Shown: positions 19,383-31,531, counted from the first letter of the stretch. The stretch is 45,767 nucleotides of DNA from a virus (IMGVR_UViG_2519103024_000003), one strand, 5' to 3'. Numbers and translations are program-made. The notes: a model not told the origin generated them from the letters alone.

Positions 19383-21341
19383 TTACGCCGTACATTTCAC
19401 CAGGCCGCGGTGATCAACTGGCGCAACACCAGCGTCAATACGCACTTTCGTTGTCACGCCATCCACACTGAAGCCCTCCATCTGATCAATATATGGCGTA
19501 TCCACACCGTTGAGATAAGCCACTTCAATCGTATCGGAGCCTTTGGACGCAGCCAGGTAGAAGGTGGTCTGGCTGTTATCATCAAGACGAGGCTCTGCAA
19601 TAACGGTCGCAAAATCTTTCACCGGGTTAATAATACCGGCGTTAATGTCAGCCCCCTTGACACTTGAGGAGCGAATGACCTGGTTAGCAACAGACTCCAT
19701 CGCCGTCGGTACCAGTACGAACGCAGGACGAATATTCAGATGACGCTCACCCTCTTTCTGAACGCGCATCAACTGGCGGGCTTTATCCAGCGATGCCACG
19801 TCCATTGCCGCGCTCTCCAGTACGTTTGCATGTTTCGCTTTATCGAACAGACTTACATTATCTGTGGAGATTTTCGGGTTAGACGTCAGAATGGCATAAA
19901 CCAGATCGGCAATAGTGGATTTCGCCGCACGGCCCAGCTTCATCGGGACATCGGTCAGCATATTCAGATCATCATTGATAATGGCCTGACGGGTGATACT
20001 GAACAGCTCGCCATAGGTCGCCAGTGCAATAGTGGCCTGTTTATCTCCGGTGGTGACGTATTTATATTCTGCCCCTTCACGCACCTGACGCAGAGCACTG
20101 AAGCCCCCCATACCCACACGATGGGCAATTTTAAAATCAGACAACTGACCTTTCCGCGTCCACTGTTCATAGGTTTCAGGGGCATCTTCCCAGCCCTGCA
20201 GAATGGCTTTGTTCGCAACATCCAGCAGAATATTACCGAAGTCAGACGTACTGTGTGTGAACGCCGCACCGACCATCTGCATCGGGTTATAACTGGAAAC
20301 ACCAATACCACGTTCAGTCAGTGACATACGGGCATATTCACGCAGGGTCATCCCGTTGTAGACATTATCACGTTCAGTTTTTTCAAACCCGGCGCGCGCC
20401 ATCAGCGCCTGGCGGATCCCGTCCCCCACAAAATTACCGTTACCGGCATAAATATGAGCCGGGGTATTTTTATTGGATGGCGTGGACTCGCGCCCCATCT
20501 CGTTCAACAGCTTTTCGCGGGCCTGCTCCAGCGAACATTCAGGATCGGCAAGACACTGAGCCTGCAACGACTGATAACGCCCGCCAAACATGGCAAACAG
20601 ATCATTAATACCGTTTACACGCGCTTTTTGCTCTGCCAGGACCTGCGCACGGATGCTGTTTTCATCCACCACGGGTGCTGCTGCCTGCACTGGCGTCCGG
20701 GAGGCTGCAGGTCCATCATCCTGTACGCGTGGAGCACTGTTGCGTGGCGGAGTAATCATATTTCGAATGGATTCCGGCATCTTTTTAAATTCCTCTGTAC
20801 GTTTTGACTGAATACATGCCATTGCCTTAACGGCTGGTGTCACCTGATCAGCAAATCCCTGTGCCAGACATTCGGCACCGGACATCCAGGTCTCATCCGC
20901 CAGCATGGCAGCAATTTCATCGGTGGTTTTCCCGGTTTTCTGTGCATAAGCGGGTAACAGAACCGCCTCAACTTTATCGAGCAGGTCGGCATAGGTGCGC
21001 ATGTCCTCCGCATCACCGCCCGTAAAGCCAAATGGTTTATGAATCATCATGAAGGAGTTTTCCGGCATAATGACCGGGTTTCCCACCATCGCAATGACCG
21101 ACGCCATTGACGCCGCCACACCGTCGACATAAACGGTAATGGACGCACCATGTGTTTTCAGTGCATTAAAAATGGCGATGCCTTCAAAGACATCGCCACC
21201 CGGTGAATTAATATGGAGATTAATGTGGGTGATATCGCCCAGTGCATTCAGATCACTGATAAACTGCTTCGCCGTAACACCCCAGAAACCAATCTCGTCA
21301 TAAATATAAATATCCGCGTCACTCTGGTGACCTGCCTGCAT
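19383..21341 (-). CDS. Prohead protease (ClpP/S49-like) fused to major capsid protein
   Basis: About 650 aa; N-terminal protease-like region (INSPGGDVFEG...), central Ala/Pro-rich linker, C-terminal capsid-like domain. ATG at 21341 is 13 nt downstream of the portal stop. Confidence 0.75.
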   Translation of the reverse strand: MQAGHQSDADIYIYDEIGFWGVTAKQFISDLNALGDITHINLHINSPGGDVFEGIAIFNALKTHGASITVYVDGVAASMASVIAMVGNPVIMPENSFMMIHKPFGFTGGDAEDMRTYADLLDKVEAVLLPAYAQKTGKTTDEIAAMLADETWMSGAECLAQGFADQVTPAVKAMACIQSKRTEEFKKMPESIRNMITPPRNSAPRVQDDGPAASRTPVQAAAPVVDENSIRAQVLAEQKARVNGINDLFAMFGGRYQSLQAQCLADPECSLEQAREKLLNEMGRESTPSNKNTPAHIYAGNGNFVGDGIRQALMARAGFEKTERDNVYNGMTLREYARMSLTERGIGVSSYNPMQMVGAAFTHSTSDFGNILLDVANKAILQGWEDAPETYEQWTRKGQLSDFKIAHRVGMGGFSALRQVREGAEYKYVTTGDKQATIALATYGELFSITRQAIINDDLNMLTDVPMKLGRAAKSTIADLVYAILTSNPKISTDNVSLFDKAKHANVLESAAMDVASLDKARQLMRVQKEGERHLNIRPAFVLVPTAMESVANQVIRSSSVKGADINAGIINPVKDFATVIAEPRLDDNSQTTFYLAASKGSDTIEVAYLNGVDTPYIDQMEGFSVDGVTTKVRIDAGVAPVDHRGLVKCTA

Positions 21342-21354
21342 CCTGAACCAGGAA

Positions 21355-22863
21355 TTATTCTTCGGACTGGTCGTCGGTGTGCTGCGGCTCCTGTCGTTTC
21401 GTTGCGGCACTGCTGCCTCCTTTATCACTGGCCGGATCGGTATCAAATACCAGATCCAGCTTGCGGTTTTCATCAATTTCGGCCTTGCGCCGACGTTTGA
21501 CATCATCTGGATTACGACCACCTGCACGTACCCAGTCTGATTCTGTCGCCGCTCCACCACGAATCTGAATTTTCCAGGCCTCAGCCTCCTTAACAGGGTC
21601 AATCCACGGCATCACCGGTCCGGAATACACCGCGGTATACAGTGAAGAACGATCAAGATCGCGGGGTAGCCTGATAACACCGGATGCCACAGCCTGTTTC
21701 AGCCAGGCACGATACATCGGGCGGGTGACGGCACCAATAAACCAGTCCTGCAGGATCAGGTAGCCATCAGTGGATTCAACCAGCTCCTGACGCTGGGCGC
21801 TGTAAGTGCCGTTATAGTTGCGCGCTGTACTGGAAAAACTCAGACGACTGCCCGCCGCCACGGCACGCAACTGACCATTACGAAAAGTTTCAAGATTAGG
21901 ATTGGGGCGATCCGACTTCACCATTCCGATTTCTTCGCCGGGTTTCAGATCGTCGTAAATAATGCCTGGCTGAATGGTAAGCTCGCGTTCCTTATCCTTG
22001 CTGCCATTACCATCCGGTTCATAGCTCTGCCCGTCGCCTTTCCGGATGTACATCCCCAGAGCAGCGGCGATCCTTGCTGCAGTCAGCTCAGAATCTTCAT
22101 ACTCTTTCAGGGCACTGAGGCGGATCAGCACACCGGACAACAAAGACGTCCCGCGCATCTGGTGCAGACGGCGAACAAATTTAAGATGCAGCATTCGCTC
22201 TGCATCCACTTCTTTGGTTTCCATCTGCCGTCCGGATACGGGACGGCTTTTATACACCAGATATTTTTCGGGACGCCCCCAGTCATCAACAAACACGCCC
22301 TGATTCAGCCTGTTGCTCTCATCACTGGTCATGGGAATAAAGTCCGGCTCGAGCGCCTCCAGCCAGAAATGAACACCGGCAGAAGGCGTCAGGCTGTTTA
22401 TGCGCCCGGAAACCATCTGGGCAAACACCTCACCATCGCGCAGCCAGGTACGCAACATCAGACGTTCCAGCATCGGACGGGTAAACTGCCCGGTGACTTC
22501 CGGACTGACAGACCATTCACTCCATCGGGTGCGTATCTCCGCTGCCAGATCACGGGCAATGGCCCCATTGCGTAATACCGGATGTGGCTCGACAATAATC
22601 CCGTTTTTCCCCACCACCCGTTCTTCCAGCTTGTCAAATACACCAATGACCAGATCGTGGTTGTTATCAAGGTAACGGGCCTGCTCACGTAACGACACGG
22701 CCCCGTACTGGCTTAACTGGTCGGCAGTTCGGTTTTCCCGCCGGGCTTTGTGTGTCCGCGTCGTTTTTACGGCCTCATAAGCCTGGATCACCGCACGGGA
22801 ACGCAGCCTTGCCGCTTTCCATCCTGGTGAAAAAACGCCAATCACATCATCAAGAATTGCCAT
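21355..22863 (-). CDS. B: Portal protein (gpB-like)
   Basis: About 500 aa between W and the protease-capsid gene; start overlaps the W stop. Confidence 0.85.
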   Translation of the reverse strand: MAILDDVIGVFSPGWKAARLRSRAVIQAYEAVKTTRTHKARRENRTADQLSQYGAVSLREQARYLDNNHDLVIGVFDKLEERVVGKNGIIVEPHPVLRNGAIARDLAAEIRTRWSEWSVSPEVTGQFTRPMLERLMLRTWLRDGEVFAQMVSGRINSLTPSAGVHFWLEALEPDFIPMTSDESNRLNQGVFVDDWGRPEKYLVYKSRPVSGRQMETKEVDAERMLHLKFVRRLHQMRGTSLLSGVLIRLSALKEYEDSELTAARIAAALGMYIRKGDGQSYEPDGNGSKDKERELTIQPGIIYDDLKPGEEIGMVKSDRPNPNLETFRNGQLRAVAAGSRLSFSSTARNYNGTYSAQRQELVESTDGYLILQDWFIGAVTRPMYRAWLKQAVASGVIRLPRDLDRSSLYTAVYSGPVMPWIDPVKEAEAWKIQIRGGAATESDWVRAGGRNPDDVKRRRKAEIDENRKLDLVFDTDPASDKGGSSAATKRQEPQHTDDQSEE

Positions 22864-23081
22864 CAGAACCTCGCAAGCCGGTACCCGGGATGCCCCCGTC
22901 GTCGTGTAATCAGAGCCGCAAGGCGGCGCTCCCACTCCTGCCGTCCCTGCCGGATCTCAGATAAGTTTTCCATGGTCATCTGCTGACCATTAAAGGTGAC
23001 GGATTTTCCGTCCAGCACCGCCATTTCAGCTTCCGTATAACGCTGAATCATGGCTTCGATATCATTCTGGTTCATAACCAT
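22863..23081 (-). CDS. W: Head-tail connector protein W
   Basis: 72 aa with C-terminal ...RRRGHPGYRLARF resembling lambda gpW; lies between the terminase and portal genes. Confidence 0.7.
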   Translation of the reverse strand: MVMNQNDIEAMIQRYTEAEMAVLDGKSVTFNGQQMTMENLSEIRQGRQEWERRLAALITRRRGHPGYRLARF

Positions 23082-25174
23082 CCTCCGGAAGTCAGCCAGG
23101 GGTTAACATCGTCAGTTACTGTTTTCTTCCGTTTTTGTTTTTTAACAGGCGTGGATACCGGTTCCGGTGTGGGTGACGGTTCGGTACTGTCCGGGACACA
23201 CTCCAGCCAGGTTTCCCGGCTCGCCCACTCCGGTGCATCCGGCCAGCGGATCTTTTCGTATCCATGCAGAATGACCAGAGCCTCGGCATACACCATCAGG
23301 TCAAAAGCTTCGTTGGCACCGCGACCCGGCTTACTCCATTTCCCGTCACTGCTCCGCTCTTCATACGTCAGTTCGTCGTAAAACCAGCTCCCCAGCCAGT
23401 CAGGGAAATGCACATAGCCGGGACCTGGCGAGTCACGCCATAACGCGTTATTCACCCGGTCTTTCAGGGCATCCGTCTGAAGAAGCCAGAGCGGTACATC
23501 ACCTGCGGCCTGCGCCCGTCGGCCCGTTCGTCCGGTGTTATCAGGGAATGTACGGGTGATCAGTTTTGCGCGCCGGATGCTGTCGCCCTTAAACAGGTAA
23601 ATACGTTTACCAAGGCCATCACGACGGCAACGACGCCAGAATTTATAGGCATTATCAGTGACCCCGTCTTCACCGCCGGAGTCCACCGCCATTGCCATCA
23701 GTCGCATTTGTTGAGAAGGATCGGAGGCCAGCGGCCAGCTTTTATGAAAAACATCCGTCAGCAGGACATCCCAGTCTTCCGGATAGCTGGCCGGATCAAT
23801 TCGCTGGCTCTCCCCGTCGCTGTCACCGCGCAATGACTGCGTGATGTTGTAACGATCAATAATCCAGCGTTCGCCACGGCTGCCATAGCCCGTTACCTGA
23901 ACCACAAAACGGCGATGACGTCCCGCCTGCACATCAACTGTCGCCACCAGGAAATTAACGCCATCCGGCACACTGCGGGAAGGAACTGGCTCTGCCCGCT
24001 GCTCAAGCAGTTCACTTTTTCGTTGCTCCATGCTGGCACGGGGAAGATAAGGTAATCCCCAGTCGGTATTGATAACCGTCTTGAGTGTTTCTTCACTTCC
24101 GGTTGTCTCGTATTCCTGTTCTGCAGCAAGCAGTTTGTAAACGAGTTGCGAGAGTGTCTGGTAAGCAGCTGCCGGACCCTCCATCCAGAATGACGCAATA
24201 CGTGAGCGTCGGGGATCACCATAACGACTGCCATCCGCATTGATGGATTCACCATCCCGCAACCAGACCCCACGTCCGTTCAGCTCACGTTTTTGTTCAG
24301 GCATAATCCGTCCTGAACAGGAAGGACACTGAATATAAGCCGCCTCACTTGCCAGCACGGGATCGGCAATATCACGGAAACCAGCAACCACATCGCCGCA
24401 GGGCTGAAAATACTCACCACAGTGTGGACAGGGCCAGTACCAGCGACGGCGATCGCCACGGTTATAGAGCGACAGTATCCCCGTGGTTGGTGGAGCCTCA
24501 TGCGGTGAAGTCCGTCGCCATTTCACATCCTTCACATCCCTGCCGGGGGAACTCTCCACCAGCGTCATACCACTGGACATAAATGTGGTGGTACGTTTTG
24601 AGGCAAGAGAGAAGGCATCCCCCTCGCCATCAATATCTTCCGGAAAACGGTCATAATCCGTCAGCGCCACGCATTTATAATCTGATGAGGACATGATATT
24701 GACTGACGGCCAGCCGATTTTCAGGTAGTTGCCAGCAAGGAATGTTCTGTCATAAACGTTGTTGTCATTTTTGTTCGGACTCAGGCGACTGACCACTTCC
24801 GGGCTGACGCGAAACGTTCTGGCAAGTCGTTTTTTGGAGTGTTCGCGGGCTTTTTCCTCCGTCATCTGAATGATCAGCATATCAGCAGGATCGCAAATCA
24901 CGTTGTAAATCACCCAGCCGTCAATCAGGCCGATAGTCTTGCCAGTTCGTGCCGGGCCAACAAATATCACTGCGTCGTATTCACGCGAGGCCAGGCAGTT
25001 CATCGGCTCAATAACATACGGTGCCACCAGCGGATCCCACGGGACTGAGTTCCCGGCCCCCATGGGCACCCGCATATACTGAGCAACGGCATCAGCAACC
25101 CGCATTCGTCTCGGTGCGCGAAGGATATAACCTGAATCGGTTCGTGCTGCCTTTGCGGTTTCCTGATTCAGCAT
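23072..25174 (-). CDS. A: Terminase large subunit (gpA-like)
   Basis: 700 aa; Walker A-like VGPARTGKT; CPHCGEYFQ motif as in lambda gpA. Confidence 0.9.
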   Translation of the reverse strand: MLNQETAKAARTDSGYILRAPRRMRVADAVAQYMRVPMGAGNSVPWDPLVAPYVIEPMNCLASREYDAVIFVGPARTGKTIGLIDGWVIYNVICDPADMLIIQMTEEKAREHSKKRLARTFRVSPEVVSRLSPNKNDNNVYDRTFLAGNYLKIGWPSVNIMSSSDYKCVALTDYDRFPEDIDGEGDAFSLASKRTTTFMSSGMTLVESSPGRDVKDVKWRRTSPHEAPPTTGILSLYNRGDRRRWYWPCPHCGEYFQPCGDVVAGFRDIADPVLASEAAYIQCPSCSGRIMPEQKRELNGRGVWLRDGESINADGSRYGDPRRSRIASFWMEGPAAAYQTLSQLVYKLLAAEQEYETTGSEETLKTVINTDWGLPYLPRASMEQRKSELLEQRAEPVPSRSVPDGVNFLVATVDVQAGRHRRFVVQVTGYGSRGERWIIDRYNITQSLRGDSDGESQRIDPASYPEDWDVLLTDVFHKSWPLASDPSQQMRLMAMAVDSGGEDGVTDNAYKFWRRCRRDGLGKRIYLFKGDSIRRAKLITRTFPDNTGRTGRRAQAAGDVPLWLLQTDALKDRVNNALWRDSPGPGYVHFPDWLGSWFYDELTYEERSSDGKWSKPGRGANEAFDLMVYAEALVILHGYEKIRWPDAPEWASRETWLECVPDSTEPSPTPEPVSTPVKKQKRKKTVTDDVNPWLTSGGWL

Positions 25175-25665
25175 TACTCCTCCTGCTGTAATTCCTCCTC
25201 ATCATCCGCACCTGCTTCGGTCACCCGCAGGGCTATCTGATCGCGCAGATCATCAATAATGGACTGAACACGGCTCACAGCGGCAGGCTGCAGGCCGCAG
25301 TCACGTTCCAGAATATCCGGTAATGTCTCCAGCACCTGCACGACCGCTTTTGCCCAGATGGCAAACTCCCGTCTGACATCACTGGCCGGAATGAGTTGTG
25401 CCGTTTCCTGTTCGAACTTAAGACGCTCACGTTCAGACTGATACCAGGCTTTGCGTTCATGTGGATCCATTTCGCCCTCAGCAACCGGCGGTGGTAACCC
25501 CATAAATTCAGTCAGAATATCGGTCAACCGGTATAGCTTGAGTTTGTCATGTCCACCAGCGGGACGAATGTTTTTCAGTCTTGCCACGACAGTCTGGCGG
25601 TGCAGACCAGATAAAGCCGCCAGTTGATTAATATTCAGCACCAGGTTTTTCAACTCATGATCCAT
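25174..25665 (-). CDS. nu1: Terminase small subunit (Nu1-like)
   Basis: 163 aa with N-terminal HTH (LNINQLAALSGLHRQTV); immediately upstream of the large subunit. Confidence 0.8.
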   Translation of the reverse strand: MDHELKNLVLNINQLAALSGLHRQTVVARLKNIRPAGGHDKLKLYRLTDILTEFMGLPPPVAEGEMDPHERKAWYQSERERLKFEQETAQLIPASDVRREFAIWAKAVVQVLETLPDILERDCGLQPAAVSRVQSIIDDLRDQIALRVTEAGADDEEELQQEE

Positions 25666-25689
25666 ATTTCCTCCGGAGAGCTTTAAACA

Positions 25690-25862
25690 TGCATCGTGCG
25701 AACAACTTTAAGAAAACGCGTTCGATGTCGAACAAAAAACACTCAATTCGACATACAAAAAACAAACAACCATTAATAATCAATAAGATGCAAAGATGAT
25801 GGTGGCCGATAAAAATGCAAAAACTAGCCTTTTTCCGCGACGCTCCCGCCCCGTGGCAGGGA
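25690..25862. other. cos-like packaging site: candidate Nu1-binding repeats and a cosN-like segment
   Basis: Repeated CGAACA/TTCGAC elements at 25695-25755; 25835-25854 ccgcgacgctcccgccccgt resembles the reverse complement of the lambda cosN region. Confidence 0.45.
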
Positions 25863-26217
25863 CCCCCACTGGGAGGACCCGACAGCCTGACAACCGTGAC
25901 GAGCATCTGAAACAGAGCGTTACATAATGGCATGGGGATAATTCAGAAGGACATCACAGCATGCCCACACAAATTAGTGTGAGTGTCCTGTTTCTTACTA
26001 CGCGCAGGACTGACGAGCATGAGGGGAAAATACGCGAACCGAAATGCCTTATCTTCAGAAATGCAGCCGGCATCCGAACTGGACGATATTGTAAATTCAC
26101 CTAAATACGAGGCATTGCTGTAGTTGAATTGCAGTACTGTATTAGCCTTACAGTGACAGAATACGATATTGACTCTGTCACTTGTGAAATGGTCAGAATG
26201 GTTAGCAGTTATGGTGA

Positions 26218-26424
26218 TCAGTCAACCACCAGGGAATAATCCTTCGTATTCTTATCGTGCTTTACTAACGCGGCCTCAATTGCCCTGAATGCTTCCAGAG
26301 ATACTTGATGTTCTATACATGCAATTACAACATCCGGGTAACCCATCGAAATGGTGCTATTAAGCATAGTTTTTACACGAACCTGCTCCTGGGAGGGGGC
26401 ATCAGTGTATTGATCTTTATGCAT
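26218..26424 (-). CDS. Conserved small lambdoid protein (resembles the lambda ORF near the right cos end)
   Basis: 68 aa; this block (26090-26460) closely resembles DNA I recall from the lambda right end. Confidence 0.55.
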   Translation of the reverse strand: MHKDQYTDAPSQEQVRVKTMLNSTISMGYPDVVIACIEHQVSLEAFRAIEAALVKHDKNTKDYSLVVD

Positions 26425-26719
26425 TTTGTCGCTCCATTCGTTTGCTCTTCACTTGCGGCTAAAAATATAACGTCAAATCACTCAGCATGAAAGAGTGAAA
26501 GTTTCAGCGCGTTTCCCTTACATAATCTGTCGTTTGTATTCTCTTCAGGCATACCGGAAAGACTAGGTATTGTCACACAACCAATACCATTGACAATCGA
26601 GATTTATATCTATTCGGTAATGTTTAAATATAACAAAACCCCGTAAAAACGAGGTTTATGGGTAATTTGTATTGTTGAATAGCATCTGATGAGAAATTGA
26701 TGCTAATACTATAAACATG

Positions 26720-26893
26720 CTAGATTAAATCAATCTTGATATCATAGCTTTCAAGACCAGTCATTTTTTCCCGTGCAGTAAACTGGATACTGGTAACTTC
26801 TTTCCCGGTCTTTTTCTTAAGCTCAATGATTTTTTTTGTTATATATTCAGAAATATCTGCTTCTGTTTTTGTTTTTAACTCTTCAATGTTCAT
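26720..26893 (-). CDS. gnsB: GnsA/GnsB-family small protein
   Basis: 57 aa MNIEELKTK...FTAREKMTGLESYDIKI resembles GnsB of Qin. Confidence 0.6.
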   Translation of the reverse strand: MNIEELKTKTEADISEYITKKIIELKKKTGKEVTSIQFTAREKMTGLESYDIKIDLI

Positions 26894-27065
26894 CATTTCC
26901 TCTTTTAGTCTGTTATGACTGTCCTGGTACACAGTAGTGTCAATTATATGGAGCAAACGTATAAAAGATAAGATGAAACATCGCAATAATCAACATACGA
27001 CGGTCTAAATTTCACACAAACAGATAAAGATGATTATCATTTATTATCAATGCATTAGAATCAAA

Positions 27066-27257
27066 TCAATTCAAGAGTCTCATTGCTGCTTCCAGAATTT
27101 CTTCTGAAGTTACATGTCGATCCGCTGCTACATAAATGACTTTATGATCTCCGGTCAGAGATGGAAACCCTGCAGCCATTACAGTGAGGTGTGTTGTTTC
27201 GCCATTTGGATATTCACGCATGATGGTGTTAACTCCGGTCATCACTGGCACTACCAT
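27066..27257 (-). CDS. Small hypothetical protein (63 aa)
   Basis: ORF only; no family recognised. Confidence 0.3.
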   Translation of the reverse strand: MVVPVMTGVNTIMREYPNGETTHLTVMAAGFPSLTGDHKVIYVAADRHVTSEEILEAAMRLLN

Positions 27258-27566
27258 TGCTGGTTCAGAGTTAAAAAAACTATTATTTTTTTCATAATGT
27301 TACCGTAATATGTGAGTATCCATCGACTAGACACTAAGCAAAAAAGCTCCCGAAGGAGCCTTCATTTTCACTTTCTTAAATCTAACGACAGATGGCTAAC
27401 ATTTAAGTATTGTGAAATATTATCAAATGTAATCATCATTGATTTACAAAAGATACATTTTGCCCCGAAAGGATTTCTGTCAGAAACATCAAAAGATGAT
27501 GTTCTATACTGAGAACCATGGCAACACGGGCATCTAAAGTGAATATGGTTTGTAATATTTTCTACC

Positions 27567-27779
27567 TCAAAGTGCCACTACATGAACAGCTGCAGGGCCT
27601 TTAGGTCCGTTCTCAATACCAAATTCGACTTCCTGATTCTCAGTTAACGTTTTGAAATCGTTGCTCTGAATAGCTGAGAAATGCACAAACACATCTTTGC
27701 TACCATCTTTCGGCGTGATGAAACCAAAACCTTTTTCAGGGTTAAACCATTTCACTAAACCAGTCATTTTGTTAGACAT
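27567..27779 (-). CDS. cspI: Cold shock protein, CspA family (CspI-like)
   Basis: [23 protein letters not shown]... canonical cold-shock domain with RNP motifs. Confidence 0.85.
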   Translation of the reverse strand: MSNKMTGLVKWFNPEKGFGFITPKDGSKDVFVHFSAIQSNDFKTLTENQEVEFGIENGPKGPAAVHVVAL

Positions 27780-28142
27780 CATTATTACCTTTTGAAGAAG
27801 TTAGCCCTTGGGCAGAATGGTCCGAAAAAAAATATCAGAGAGAAAAACCAACAAGGAAATCTCAAGAGGTACAAATAATAAAATTATAACAATGACTGCT
27901 TCAGATAATTTTGTAACAAACCAGAACACCATTAACGCATGATTAACCAACCATAGCAAGGATTACTTTTGTAAAGAAAAACACACGAATGAAACAATAG
28001 CTTTATTTATTAATAAAACGTGTCATTCTGTCTAATGACCTTTTATCTTACCCTTAAGATTTCAAGGATTTTGACTCATGGAAGAGTCCTTTTTATTTAA
28101 ATTTCACATTCAGCGCTAAAAATAATCCGATTTAATATTAAT

Positions 28143-29170
<1,028 letters not shown>

Positions 29171-29277
29171 GGATATTTATCAGGATTTATCGGCTTCAAA
29201 TCCCCGGATATGTTAAATCTTACCTCACCAGTGATGGGCACTGGCGGGAGGAGGATGTCAATCTGATAAACACAGAG

Positions 29278-29544
29278 GTGACTATGGATTACACAAATCT
29301 ACCAAAACAAACTTTTGCTGATTTAATCGCACTCAGGCAAGCAGTCGTAGCTCTAATCAACTTGTTGCCGGAGAAGGAAAAGGAATTAGTTAAAGCGCTT
29401 CTTAACAGAACTGCCGCCGATTTTTCATCATATCCACTGACAGATGACCTTGCGGACCTTCCTGAATTAATTGCAGCGTCCGCCATTAAGCTTACTGAAG
29501 AGATTTACCCTCCTCAAAAATCTTCACAAAATTCCTGCGAGTAA
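29278..29544 (+). CDS. Hypothetical acidic helical protein (88 aa), convergent with the YdfR-like gene
   Basis: ATG preceded by a GAGG SD; 3' end overlaps the minus-strand gene by about 50 bp. Confidence 0.4.
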   Translation: MTMDYTNLPKQTFADLIALRQAVVALINLLPEKEKELVKALLNRTAADFSSYPLTDDLADLPELIAASAIKLTEEIYPPQKSSQNSCE

Positions 29545-30043
29545 CTTCAATGCAATAATCGTAAAACGCCGCAAACTGCTCATCGCGGCGTTTTTTTTCA
29601 TCTTCAGAAGGGATCAGCACCGACAATTTTTTATTCAGATCAGCGACGCTGCCCTCCAGTTTTTCAATGGGCGATTCAATATCATCTTTTTCTGACCGCA
29701 ATGCCGTCGGTGGCGTCTTCAGAGAACCAGTAATTCTTCCCGGTAGCTTTCCTTTGTAGGTTATCCACACATTCTGCGCCTCTAAAATTATGGGGCGCTT
29801 TTCCGGCGACTGCTCATCCCCTACACATAACCCGGCAGCAACATCCAGGAATACCTGTCTGATTCTCATTCTGGCTGCTGCCTCATAAAACTCCAGCGCG
29901 GCACCTTCAACACGGTCCAGCGAGATGTCCAGGTCAAAAATTTCACCGTCAAAGCGTTTTTTGTCCCGTAAGGCTACAGTTACCGCCACTTTATTCTCAA
30001 AATTGCGGACTCCTTTCACAACCAGTTCATAGTCTTGTGTCAT
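29492..30043 (-). CDS. YdfR-like protein (about 183 aa) inserted between holin and endolysin
   Basis: ATG at 30043 lies 4 nt after the holin stop; same position as ydfR between essQ and rrrQ in Qin. No further family recalled. Confidence 0.55.
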   Translation of the reverse strand: MTQDYELVVKGVRNFENKVAVTVALRDKKRFDGEIFDLDISLDRVEGAALEFYEAAARMRIRQVFLDVAAGLCVGDEQSPEKRPIILEAQNVWITYKGKLPGRITGSLKTPPTALRSEKDDIESPIEKLEGSVADLNKKLSVLIPSEDEKKRRDEQFAAFYDYCIEVTRRNFVKIFEEGKSLQ

Positions 30044-30047
30044 TGGA

Positions 30048-30263
30048 TTACTCTCTTCTCGCAACCTTACGCCTGTCTTCTTTAATCTTGAAATAAAGGT
30101 TTGTCAGATACGTCAGCAGGCCAAAAACCAGACTACCCAGCACACCGATTGCAGCCCACTGTGACGGAGTTACTTTATCGAGTAACTGCAATGCCCAGAA
30201 ACCAGCATTACCAGCCGATGTGCCATAGGCGATACCTGTTGTTAACTTATCCATTGATTTCAT
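30048..30263 (-). CDS. Pinholin, phage 21 S-type, with dual-start motif
   Basis: 71 aa [18 protein letters not shown]...[17 protein letters not shown] closely matches the S21 pinholin; Met1/Met4 dual start. Confidence 0.85.
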   Translation of the reverse strand: MKSMDKLTTGIAYGTSAGNAGFWALQLLDKVTPSQWAAIGVLGSLVFGLLTYLTNLYFKIKEDRRKVARRE

Positions 30264-30481
30264 ATCCTCACCCCGATGTACACAGATGGTGCAATATGTT
30301 TGAAAAGATCGGAGTCTATGGGTTAGTTTTTATAGCAAACGTTGTTCTCAACGGCGCTAAAAAACAGACACATTAAAAATGTGGGTAATTATTTTAAAAG
30401 AAAATCATATATTAAATAATAATACGAGATATGTTTTCATATTTAGTGTACTGTATACGGCCATTTATACAGGAAAAGCCT

Positions 30482-30652
30482 ATGTCAGAACGTAAAGACT
30501 CAAAATCACGCCGTAATTATCTCGTTAAATGTTCCTGCCCAAACTGCACCCAAGAGTCAGAACACAGTTTTTCAAGAGTACAAAAAGGTGCCCTTTTGAT
30601 CTGCCCTCATTGCAACAAAGTATTCCAGACAAATCTTAAAGCTGTAGCTTGA
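30482..30652 (+). CDS. Small zinc-ribbon protein (56 aa)
   Basis: Two CxxC pairs (CPNC...CPHC); ATG preceded by AGGAAAAG. Confidence 0.5.
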   Translation: MSERKDSKSRRNYLVKCSCPNCTQESEHSFSRVQKGALLICPHCNKVFQTNLKAVA

Positions 30653-30710
30653 TTGATTTTATTCGTAACAAGTATTTTTTATATTTTAATAACATATTTA
30701 AAGCAGATAA

Positions 30711-30736
30711 TAAAAAACCCGCCTGAGCGGGTTTAA
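30711..30736. terminator. Bidirectional rho-independent terminator
   Basis: acccgc-ctga-gcgggt hairpin with an A-run upstream and T-rich tail downstream. Confidence 0.5.
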
Positions 30737-31015
30737 TATTGTGGTACTTTTTGTGGGAGTCATCCACTTACGCACTTTGTTTTGCTATGCCAGCAGTTAG
30801 CTTCTGCTGTAAAACTATTCATGCAGCAAACCTGCACTTCACCACAATGGTTAGCATACTTTTCCTGATTAAGTTATTGCCAAATATGCTGGCCATTGTT
30901 TCATGTATTGGACCTCCTTACTATTTATTAAAGAGATCCAATATTCACCACTCTGTCTGTATCTCCACTCAGGCATCAGCCTTCTTCGTTATCGTATACA
31001 GACAAACTATGAATT

Positions 31016-31231
31016 TTAATCAGTAATTATGACATTTGCTGCTGCAGGACCTTTAGCACCACTCTCTACAGAGAAGGTAACCTTTTGACCTTCAAATAAG
31101 GTTCGAAAATTATCATTCTGAATCGCAGAAAAATGCACAAACACATCTTTACTACCATCAACAGGAGAAATAAAGCCAAAACCTTTATCAGCGTTAAACC
31201 ATTTTACTAAACCAGTCATTTTATTTGACAT
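31016..31231 (-). CDS. cspB: Cold shock protein, CspA family (CspB-like)
   Basis: [23 protein letters not shown]... cold-shock domain. Confidence 0.8.
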   Translation of the reverse strand: MSNKMTGLVKWFNADKGFGFISPVDGSKDVFVHFSAIQNDNFRTLFEGQKVTFSVESGAKGPAAANVIITD

Positions 31232-31531
31232 TCTACATTCCTTAACTTGAGCCTTTCGGCATAAATGGCTTGTATAACAGAAACGACTTCGTACTTAATT
31301 GGAGAGACTCAAAGAAGGAATAAGTGAATAACACCTGAAATGAGAACTGCTTTAGTAAACTACTTCGTATATCGTCTGTTCTTCAAACCGACGCAATCAT
31401 TAACGCATAGTTGAACATATGAAGCAATGTTTATTTTAGACATCCAGCCATCTTCAACCCCATCAAAAAACTATAGCTTTCTTCAGGAACGTGTGTATAG
31501 TGCGCCCAGTTATCAGTATTAAGGAATTTTT

